Positions 57,998-64,000 of a DNA stretch of 64,000 nt are shown in pieces (the first letter of the stretch is position 1; each line of letters opens with the position of its first letter). Under the pieces are notes generated by a model, which was not told the DNA's origin, made no database searches, and saw only the letters and a list, made by a program, of their open reading frames with translations. The translations under genes were made by a program, and so were the position numbers. This stretch comes from an uncultured Candidatus Saccharibacteria bacterium (GTDB lineage: Bacteria > Patescibacteriota > WWE3 > UBA101185 > UBA10185), in contig CAYLMU010000001.1 in assembly GCA_964385105.1 (NCBI GenBank), positions 369,936-433,935 of the forward strand. The letters run 5' to 3'.

Positions 57998-58708
57998 TTA
58001 TTTATTAATGTAGCTCTTATACAACACAACCCCAACCGCCATAGACAAATTCAGTGAATCAATACTATTTTCATGCTCAATGTGCACACTTTCGCCTATA
58101 TTTAAAAACGAATCATCAAGACCGCTGCTTTCAGGGCCAAAAACCAGCGAAAAAGGTTTGGCAAAAGTTGTGTTTTTGAGTTTTTTGTTGCCATTAAGCA
58201 TAAACGTGTAAATAGAATTTTGTGGAAATTTTTGCTGATAGCTTTTAAAACTGTCGAAGTATTCAAAATTAATATCAAAAAGTGAACCCATTGATGCCCG
58301 GATTGTTTTTGGGTCAAATACATCTACACCCGGTCTTATTACAATTAAGTTATAAACCCCAAAACCTGACATTGTTCTAATAATTGTTCCTAAATTACCC
58401 GGATCGGTAGGATTAACCAAAACAAGATGATTTTCGCCATTTTTTACATTACTATCGTATTTTTTAAAAAACCCTGCTGCGTAGGTGTTTTCTTTGACCG
58501 AAACCTTTTTTAAGTTTTTTAAACTATATTCAAATTCAATGTTTTTTTCGGTGCAAAGCTTTTTTATTTCTTGAACGCCTTTGTTGGCATCACTTTTTGG
58601 ATTTAAAACAACTTTTATTATTTCGCCTGGTTTTTTATTAATTAGTTCAAGTGTTGGGTAAACTCCAAGTGTATATGTATAGTTTAATTTTTTTGTATAT
58701 TTTTTCAT
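57998..58708 (-). CDS. SpoU/TrmH family RNA 2'-O-methyltransferase
   Basis: SPOUT motifs (LVLVNPTDPGNLGTIIRTMSGFG ... FGPESSGL ... LNLSMAVGVVLY). Confidence 0.8.
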   Translation of the reverse strand: MKKYTKKLNYTYTLGVYPTLELINKKPGEIIKVVLNPKSDANKGVQEIKKLCTEKNIEFEYSLKNLKKVSVKENTYAAGFFKKYDSNVKNGENHLVLVNPTDPGNLGTIIRTMSGFGVYNLIVIRPGVDVFDPKTIRASMGSLFDINFEYFDSFKSYQQKFPQNSIYTFMLNGNKKLKNTTFAKPFSLVFGPESSGLDDSFLNIGESVHIEHENSIDSLNLSMAVGVVLYKSYINK

Positions 58709-58766
58709 ATTAGCTTTGGTAGCGGTTTCATAATATTATGTTTTTGTTATTACAGCAATGATATAT

Positions 58767-58796
58767 TTGACAAATTAAAAAAGTAAGTAGTAAGAT
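58767..58796 (+). promoter_or_regulatory. candidate promoter (TTGACA-18-TAAGAT) for the leader/ATP-grasp transcript
   Basis: Perfect -35 TTGACA at 58767-58772 and a -10-like TAAGAT at 58791-58796. The leader ORF ATG is about 17 nt downstream. Confidence 0.35.
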
Positions 58797-58812
58797 TAAG
58801 CATTAAATAATT

Positions 58813-58905
58813 ATGAAGTCACATAATTTATTAAAAGTTAATAGTTTAAGTAAAGTTTTTGGTCTCTTTATTATGTTCACGACAGAGAGGGCCGGAGGCA
58901 TGTAG
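58813..58905 (+). CDS. 30-codon leader ORF (MKSHNLLKVNSLSKVFGLFIMFTTERAGGM)
   Basis: ATG-to-TAG ORF whose last codons (GCC GGA GGC ATG TAG) are strand 1 of the antiterminator. There is no strong SD, so translation is unproven. Confidence 0.3.
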   Translation: MKSHNLLKVNSLSKVFGLFIMFTTERAGGM

Positions 58906-58966
58906 CTTAAGTTACTAACTTTTAAAAATACTAAGCCTCCGGGTAAAACCGGGGGCTTTTTGTTTT
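58892..58966 (+). promoter_or_regulatory. mutually exclusive antiterminator/terminator (attenuator or riboswitch expression platform) upstream of the ATP-grasp gene
   Basis: Seg1 CCGGAGGC (58892-58899) is perfectly complementary to seg2 GCCTCCGG (58935-58942). Seg2 also pairs with seg3 CCGGGGGC (58949-58956) as an 8-bp stem, followed by TTTTTGTTTT (58957-58966). Confidence 0.55.
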
Positions 58967-58982
58967 GCACGTTAAAAAGTTA

Positions 58983-59041
58983 ATTGATAGAGCCGTTAAG
59001 AATTTCAAATTTATTTTGGAGTTTTTTGTGGCTCTATTGAT
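58983..59041 (+). promoter_or_regulatory. 12-bp perfect inverted repeat ATTGATAGAGCC-N35-GGCTCTATTGAT immediately upstream of the ATP-grasp RBS
   Basis: Seen directly. The right arm ends 11 nt before the AAGGAG SD (59052-59057). Function unknown. Confidence 0.4.
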
Positions 59042-59064
59042 AAATAACTAAAAGGAGATTTGAG

Positions 59065-60357
59065 ATGAGTAAGGTTGTATCGCTTTTACCTGAGTATGAA
59101 GAAGAAATACTGAATTTAAGTGGGTATACATTATATTCTTTTCGGAGTTTACTTGGAGGTGATAATCAGAGTTACACTTTGCTGCCGCAAACGAGTTTTG
59201 GAGTAAACTTACCAGAAATTGAGTACCTACACGAATTAGGTTTTTGCGGCCCTGTTGAAAGAGCTTTGCATTTGCCGGGAGTGTCTATTATGCCTCAACA
59301 AAGAATCTTTGAGCCTCAAAATTCAGCTTTGCTGGAAAAGTTACGCAAAGACGGTGTAGGTATTGAGTGTGTTGATTTGCGAAGTAATAATGCAAGGTTG
59401 GCAGTAGAACTTGGAGTTATGACTAAAGATTTTGCACGGCTTCAAACTTTACTAACTGAAACAGCAGATGACAAGCTTTGGTTGCGTACAACAGCAGAAA
59501 GTTTGGGTTTAAGTCATCATTTGGTGCCCGGGGGTTGTGCAAGGTCATTAAGTGAGTTGAAAGAACTTTTTGACTGCTATATTCAACTAACAGGGCAAGT
59601 GGTATTTTTGGATAACCCAAGATTAGGAGGTGGTGTAGGATTTCATAAAGTTAAGAGTTGGGAACAATTGCTTAAACTTTTAAGTAATTTGGAATGGGGT
59701 GAGAAATTTCCACATGAGGTTTTGTTAACTTCTTACGTAGAAAAATGGTCAAGCCCTTCGATTCAATGGGATTGCAGATCTGCAACAGGACCGGAACTTG
59801 TTGGAATCACAATGCAACTCTTAAACGGGGATTTTGACCACGCAGGAAATTCCATTCCTTCAGGGCTTAGCAAAGAGCAGGAAAACGCCATAATTAACAT
59901 TACACGACCATTTGCGCAACATCTGCATGCTATTGGTTTTAGATGGGTTGCGGGTTTTGACCTGATTCATTCAAAACTTGAAAATCCTACACCAAATGGA
60001 ACCAATTTTTACGTGCAAGAATGTAATCCGAGGCATGTTGCTCCGTTTTATGCCCGCAAAGTGCAAAAACAACTGCAACATACAGGCCCAGCTTTAATGT
60101 TGAATGTGAAGCCAAGTATACCGACAACTCCAAAGGCAGTGCATAACTTACTAAAAACCAAAGGTTTGTTGTTTGGTAGATGTACTGAAGGTTGCGTAGT
60201 ACCTTATATGACCACATCCTCACAGATGAAAAATCCTAAGTTTGCGGTAGTAGTGTTGGGATCTACTCTTCAAGAGGCAAAAAGCACTGCGACGGCGGTA
60301 AAAAGGTCATTTGGCGACGAATCAAACGTTATGTACAGCTTTGAAGTTTATCAATAG
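59065..60357 (+). CDS. ATP-grasp family ligase (carboxylate-amine/thiol ligase), uncharacterised
   Basis: C-terminal ATP-grasp Mg/ATP motif GFDLIHSKLE...NFYVQECNPR (compare D-x-...-E-x-N-P-R of CPSase/biotin carboxylase/RimK) and a ~200-aa N-terminal pre-ATP-grasp region. Preceded by a strong SD. Confidence 0.6.
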   Translation: MSKVVSLLPEYEEEILNLSGYTLYSFRSLLGGDNQSYTLLPQTSFGVNLPEIEYLHELGFCGPVERALHLPGVSIMPQQRIFEPQNSALLEKLRKDGVGIECVDLRSNNARLAVELGVMTKDFARLQTLLTETADDKLWLRTTAESLGLSHHLVPGGCARSLSELKELFDCYIQLTGQVVFLDNPRLGGGVGFHKVKSWEQLLKLLSNLEWGEKFPHEVLLTSYVEKWSSPSIQWDCRSATGPELVGITMQLLNGDFDHAGNSIPSGLSKEQENAIINITRPFAQHLHAIGFRWVAGFDLIHSKLENPTPNGTNFYVQECNPRHVAPFYARKVQKQLQHTGPALMLNVKPSIPTTPKAVHNLLKTKGLLFGRCTEGCVVPYMTTSSQMKNPKFAVVVLGSTLQEAKSTATAVKRSFGDESNVMYSFEVYQ

Positions 60358-60442
60358 AGTAATGGAAGTTTTGCAAGCACAGCTTTATGTATTTAGGTTG
60401 TGCTTGCTCTCTTTAAAGTTAATTGTTTAAGATTAGGAAAAT

Positions 60443-61165
60443 ATGAAAAAAATATTATTAATTCAATTTCGTGATGATGTGACACAAGAGCATGAAGTAA
60501 AATGCTTTTTAAACAAGCTTAAAATAAACGAATCTGAATTAAAGGTTTTAAATGCAATATTAGATAATTTTGAATATGAGCCTGAAGTTTTATTACAGGA
60601 TGTTGGTGCTGTGATCTTTGGCGGGTCAGGGCAGTATGATTTGTCACTAAATCAAGAACCAATAATTAAAGCTTTTAATAACACAAAAAAACTTGTTGAT
60701 TACATTTTAAAAAATGACTTTCCTACATTGGGAATTTGTTTTGGGCATCAGCTGCTGTCGCAAAGACTGGGTGGTGTGGTTTTGCCTAATGAAAATATGC
60801 GTGAAACAGGCACTTTTGAAATTAGGTTGAATAATGAAGGAAAATCAGACAAACTATTTGGTGATTTAAAAGAAACCTTTTTAGTACAAGAAGGTCATAA
60901 AGAAAGCGTTACAAATATTCCGTCTGACGTGGTTTTGCTTGGTAGTAGTGAAAGGTGTGAAACTCAAATATTCCGCTACAAAAATAATATATATACAGCT
61001 CAATTTCATCCTGAGTTAACAAAAGAAGACATAAAATATAGATTGAGCCTATTTCCCACGTACTCGCAAGGAAAAAACATTGAAGAAGCCACAAAAGACA
61101 TAAAAGAGACTCCCGAAGCTGAAAAAGTATTGCAAAAATTTGTGAGCCTATATTTGAGTTCGTAA
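60443..61165 (+). CDS. class I glutamine amidotransferase-like (GATase1 / peptidase C26 gamma-glutamyl hydrolase-like) protein
   Basis: Catalytic Cys in GICFGHQLL and a downstream His (AQFHPEL), the conserved GATase1 triad spacing. It is a stand-alone 240-aa protein with no synthase partner domain. Confidence 0.8.
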   Translation: MKKILLIQFRDDVTQEHEVKCFLNKLKINESELKVLNAILDNFEYEPEVLLQDVGAVIFGGSGQYDLSLNQEPIIKAFNNTKKLVDYILKNDFPTLGICFGHQLLSQRLGGVVLPNENMRETGTFEIRLNNEGKSDKLFGDLKETFLVQEGHKESVTNIPSDVVLLGSSERCETQIFRYKNNIYTAQFHPELTKEDIKYRLSLFPTYSQGKNIEEATKDIKETPEAEKVLQKFVSLYLSS

Positions 61166-61191
61166 ATGAACTATAATCTATAGTAAAGGTT

Positions 61192-61578
61192 ATGGATAAT
61201 AAAGAGAACAAAAAACCACAAGACAATTCTCAGAATAATCAGCAGAATAATGGTGATATTGACTATAGAGACCCGCCAAAACCAAAAAAACAGCCTAAAA
61301 TAGATAAGATGGGGCTTGAAGTAACAAAAAATCCAAGAGATGTTTCAGGTGCGGGCAAAAAAGTTGCTATGCTTTTGCTAATTTTAGGGTCATTGGCACT
61401 ACTTTTTGGCTCTGCATACGTTATTTTCACGACTATGAACAAAAACATGCAAAATAATACAGAACTAGATAATCAGGTTAACAATGTAATAGATGAAAAT
61501 AATGCTCACCAGTCAACTCAATCACCTGAGATTTATTCCGTTTTTGGTGAATTACTAAGAAAATATGTCTCCTTTTAA
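61192..61578 (+). CDS. hypothetical membrane protein (Asn/Gln-rich N-terminus, one TM helix)
   Basis: 128-aa ORF with no recognised motif. Confidence 0.4.
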   Translation: MDNKENKKPQDNSQNNQQNNGDIDYRDPPKPKKQPKIDKMGLEVTKNPRDVSGAGKKVAMLLLILGSLALLFGSAYVIFTTMNKNMQNNTELDNQVNNVIDENNAHQSTQSPEIYSVFGELLRKYVSF

Positions 61579-61963
61579 GAAAAAAGTAATAGATGCCGTC
61601 AAAATGGTTCCTTATGGACATGTTGCAAGTTACGGACAGATCGCCTTAATGGTAGGAGTGCCTCGTGGAGCAAGAATGGTTGGTCAAATATTAAATAGTA
61701 TGGAAGAAAATATTTTTGAAAGCCGTGAAAGCTTTCCGTGGTGGAGAATAGTAAATAATGCAGGTCGAGTTAGTATTAAAGGTACAAAGTATCATTCAGC
61801 TCAGATGCAAAAAACCAAGCTTGAAAGCGAAGGAATTTTTGTAAAAGATGATTTAACATTTGATATTGAGAAATATCGATATCGGCCTGATCCTGAAGAA
61901 ATAAGTAAATTACGGCTTGATGATGAAAGTGTGCAACAAATTATAGAAAAATACTTACTATAA
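61565..61963 (+). CDS. alkyltransferase-like protein (ATL; MGMT DNA-binding domain with Cys->Trp active site)
   Basis: Helix-turn-helix YGHVASYGQIALMVGVPRGARMVG, and PWWRIV in place of the PCHRV motif of O6-alkylguanine transferases. ATLs have Trp replacing the Cys. Confidence 0.65.
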   Translation: MSPFKKKVIDAVKMVPYGHVASYGQIALMVGVPRGARMVGQILNSMEENIFESRESFPWWRIVNNAGRVSIKGTKYHSAQMQKTKLESEGIFVKDDLTFDIEKYRYRPDPEEISKLRLDDESVQQIIEKYLL

Positions 61964-62004
61964 ATATTTACAATAAGGGTTGGAATTTATTATACTAGGT
62001 ATTA

Positions 62005-62745
62005 ATGCCCAAAAATTCAAAAAGCTATACATTTTATACTTTGCACATTCCGGTATTATTTTTCATTTTAGCTTTAACACTTGTATTAAGCTTTGTTATG
62101 CGTCCTAAGGAAGACACAGCTGCAGTTGAATTGCCATATGCCATGATTCATGAGGAAGAAGTTTTAGGCTCAAATACCTCAATAATTAGTGAGGGGGGTA
62201 AGACTTCTGAAGTAACAAAAGAAGTAGTTGGAGACAGAGTAATAATTAGAATGAAAATATATGATTCCAGTGGGAATTTGAAAAGAGAAAAAGTGACTGA
62301 AAATCCTGTTAAACCGACACAAAATGAAAAGATTGAAAAAATTTCGCCAAGAATACCCGAGAGACCCGAGTCTACCGAAACACCAGGTCAACGGGAACTT
62401 CCTGCTAACACCTTTTCAAGATTTCCAATAAGAGTTAATGAAGAGACAGGAGCTTTTTACATACAAACTCGTGAAAGAATGGTTGAGCTTGGTGCAATGC
62501 CCGATTCAATTGCAGAAAAGGCTATAGCAGATGGTTCGTTAGACGAGATTGGCAATGTTCGTATTGATTCTGTAGATGACCGAGATCCCGTGTTTATTGT
62601 TGAAGGAACTCGTCAGAGAAGATTTTTGAGAATGTTTCCGGTACGTGTTAATGTTCGGGAAACTTATGATGTTGAAACAAGTGAAAAAAATACTATGGAG
62701 CTTGTGTCATTTAGAGATAAAGTTATCAACTTTTTGAGTTTTTAA
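62005..62745 (+). CDS. hypothetical exported protein (N-terminal TM/signal anchor)
   Basis: 246-aa ORF with an N-terminal hydrophobic helix and no recognised motif. Confidence 0.4.
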   Translation: MPKNSKSYTFYTLHIPVLFFILALTLVLSFVMRPKEDTAAVELPYAMIHEEEVLGSNTSIISEGGKTSEVTKEVVGDRVIIRMKIYDSSGNLKREKVTENPVKPTQNEKIEKISPRIPERPESTETPGQRELPANTFSRFPIRVNEETGAFYIQTRERMVELGAMPDSIAEKAIADGSLDEIGNVRIDSVDDRDPVFIVEGTRQRRFLRMFPVRVNVRETYDVETSEKNTMELVSFRDKVINFLSF

Positions 62746-63418
62746 GTTTTAAGCTTATATAGTAGGTAAAAATTCCGCCGACAATTATTAATGAGCTTAA
62801 CCAAATCATAACTCCCGCTGCACTTGAGAAATCTACATTTCTGAAAATATAAAATTGAGCAATAAGACGAACCGGATTAACAAATATATTTATCAGCATG
62901 TAAGTTTTAAATCTCATAGTAGTTAGACCGAATGCATATGACACAACTTCAAACAACGGAAATCCTATTAGACGGGCAATAATTAAGATATTAATTCCTT
63001 CGAGCTGTGCAAGCTTGTCTATTTCTTTAAGTGACTTTTCTCCGACCAACTTTTTTACTCTTTTTCTTCCATACTTTCGACTTATTTGGAAATTTATGGC
63101 CGAACTAAGCACACTGGCAATGTAAACACTAATTAATGTATTAAAATACCCAAAAAGAGTTATACCCAGTAAAATTCCCGGAGTTCCGGCTATAGGTGCA
63201 AAAATATGAGAAATTAATGTATAAAAAATAACAACAATTGGCCCTATAATTCCAAGACTTTCTGTGAATGTACGTATTTGTGGTGAATTTACCGAAGGCA
63301 GAAGTAAGGCAAGTACAACATACATTACCGCTAAAATTAAAAGCGCAGTTAAAATGTTATATAATTTTGTACTCACACTTGAATTATAAAGTACGCCTTT
63401 CAATTGTGATAGCGACAT
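62726..63418 (-). CDS. TVP38/TMEM64 (DedA-related) family membrane protein
   Basis: Conserved core VVIFYTLISHIFAPIAGTPGILLGITLFG and 5-6 TM helices. Second DedA-superfamily gene in the window. Confidence 0.65.
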   Translation of the reverse strand: MSLSQLKGVLYNSSVSTKLYNILTALLILAVMYVVLALLLPSVNSPQIRTFTESLGIIGPIVVIFYTLISHIFAPIAGTPGILLGITLFGYFNTLISVYIASVLSSAINFQISRKYGRKRVKKLVGEKSLKEIDKLAQLEGINILIIARLIGFPLFEVVSYAFGLTTMRFKTYMLINIFVNPVRLIAQFYIFRNVDFSSAAGVMIWLSSLIIVGGIFTYYISLKLKNSKS

Positions 63419-64000
63419 TTATGCTTACATCAGAGTTAACAGGTCGAACATTTTCAGGCATCACAAGATTAATTGGAACAATGGCCGATTCTGTGAGATT
63501 TGAAACATCGATGTTTTCTGTGAAAATTTCAGCGGGGGGTGCTGTTCCTTCGGGAATCCAAAGTTCGACTGAAGTGGGTGTAATTGCCGTGTTTGTGATT
63601 TCTAGCTCGTTGTCAATTTCGCCGGATGTTACTATCGCAATTGGTACTTCAACCAAATAATATCTTGTAGCTGTTAATAAAAATGAAGTAGGTTCAAAAT
63701 CAATAAGTGTTAAGTTGCCCGGAATGTTAATATTTCTTCTAGCAACAGTTTTTTCGTTTATCCCGTTTTGCAAATCAGCTGCATCTACATTAACCTTAAA
63801 GTCATCAGCATCTATATCATTAAAGCTTGAATCACCTCTTCCGCTTACTTTAACACGTAATTCTTTGGGGCTGTAGCTTTGAACTATAGTCGATTCAGGT
63901 ACCTGATTTAAAGTAATGGGAACTGAGTAAGTTCTTTCAATTATTCCGGCCTGATAAGCTGTAAAAAACCAAATTATAATAGAGAATGCTAAAGCTCCTA
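63384..64000 (-). CDS. beta-rich exported protein, possibly YbbR-like (3' part; start lies beyond the window)
   Basis: The frame is open to the window edge. An N-proximal TM helix (AFSIIIWFFTAYQAG in reverse complement) is followed by repetitive V/I/T/N-rich beta segments. Confidence 0.3.
   Translation of the reverse strand, partial: GALAFSIIIWFFTAYQAGIIERTYSVPITLNQVPESTIVQSYSPKELRVKVSGRGDSSFNDIDADDFKVNVDAADLQNGINEKTVARRNINIPGNLTLIDFEPTSFLLTATRYYLVEVPIAIVTSGEIDNELEITNTAITPTSVELWIPEGTAPPAEIFTENIDVSNLTESAIVPINLVMPENVRPVNSDVSINVAITIERRTL

Noticed and set aside
58813-58905. Interpreting the 30-codon upstream ORF as a graspetide/microviridin-type precursor for the ATP-grasp enzyme
   Set aside because: Not rejected outright but down-weighted. 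The putative core (FTTERAGGM) has only one acidic residue and lacks the repeated T/S-x-x-D/E or TxKxPSDxE/D motifs of known graspetides. The ATP-grasp is 430 aa with an extra N-domain rather than a compact MdnC-like enzyme. The hairpin architecture fits attenuation at least as well.
1-64000. CRISPR arrays, rRNA genes, integrases/transposases/phage structural genes
   Set aside because: No short direct-repeat/spacer periodicity was seen. There are no rRNA-like conserved stretches and no tyrosine/serine recombinase or transposase motifs in any ORF. The tRNA-Lys-adjacent low-GC block therefore lacks recognisable mobility genes.

Overview
The window is an AT-rich, gene-dense bacterial chromosome segment; about 90% is coding, with short intergenic regions and frequent 1–40 nt start/stop overlaps. 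This architecture is typical of small-genome bacteria of the Candidate Phyla Radiation (Patescibacteria), but that lineage assignment is an inference from gene content and cannot be proven here.

Gene order along the window:
- **1–4.9 kb:** a glycolytic/gluconeogenic block: the 3' end of a phosphohexomutase, ppsA, eno and a histidine-phosphatase (GpmB-like) gene.
- **5–17.6 kb:** a DedA gene, then divergent lexA/uvrB, a class-A PBP, a LysM protein, uvrA, a transglutaminase-like exported protein on the opposite strand, and a short uvrC.
- **17.6–26.2 kb:** a reduced division/cell-wall (dcw) cluster: secG, murA, mraY, ftsW, murG, ftsQ, ftsA, ftsZ.
- **26.4–35.4 kb:** B12-dependent class II ribonucleotide reductase (nrdJ) followed by a PduO-type cobalamin adenosyltransferase, a type-2 ileS, a LytR_C membrane protein, an RNHCP zinc-ribbon protein, rplU-rpmA, and a convergent lepB.
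- **35.4–40.4 kb:** a surface-glycan block: GH18, a clan GH-A hydrolase, a Wzx-like flippase and an O-antigen-ligase-like protein.
- **40.3–43 kb:** a minus-strand unit holding tRNA-Thr(CGU), tRNA-Gly(CCC), a LysM gene, tRNA-Asp(GUC) and two hypotheticals.
- **43–54.5 kb:** PolX, lemA-htpX, gatC-gatA-(small HEPN-motif ORF)-gatB, a Klenow-like polA, a ClpC-like AAA+ unfoldase with an N-terminal zinc ribbon, rplS and tRNA-Lys(UUU).
- **54.5–57.8 kb:** immediately 3' of tRNA-Lys, a compositionally distinct, even more AT-rich run of six tightly overlapping small enzymes (MBL hydrolase, HAD, SAM-methyltransferase, HIT, GNAT, MazG-like).
- **57.8–64 kb:** a SpoU methyltransferase and then the best candidate for a new system: a promoter, a 30-codon leader ORF and a mutually exclusive antiterminator/terminator structure, feeding an ATP-grasp ligase and a class I glutamine-amidotransferase-like hydrolase. 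After these come an alkyltransferase-like (Cys→Trp) protein and further membrane proteins.

No CRISPR array, rRNA, integrase or transposase was seen.
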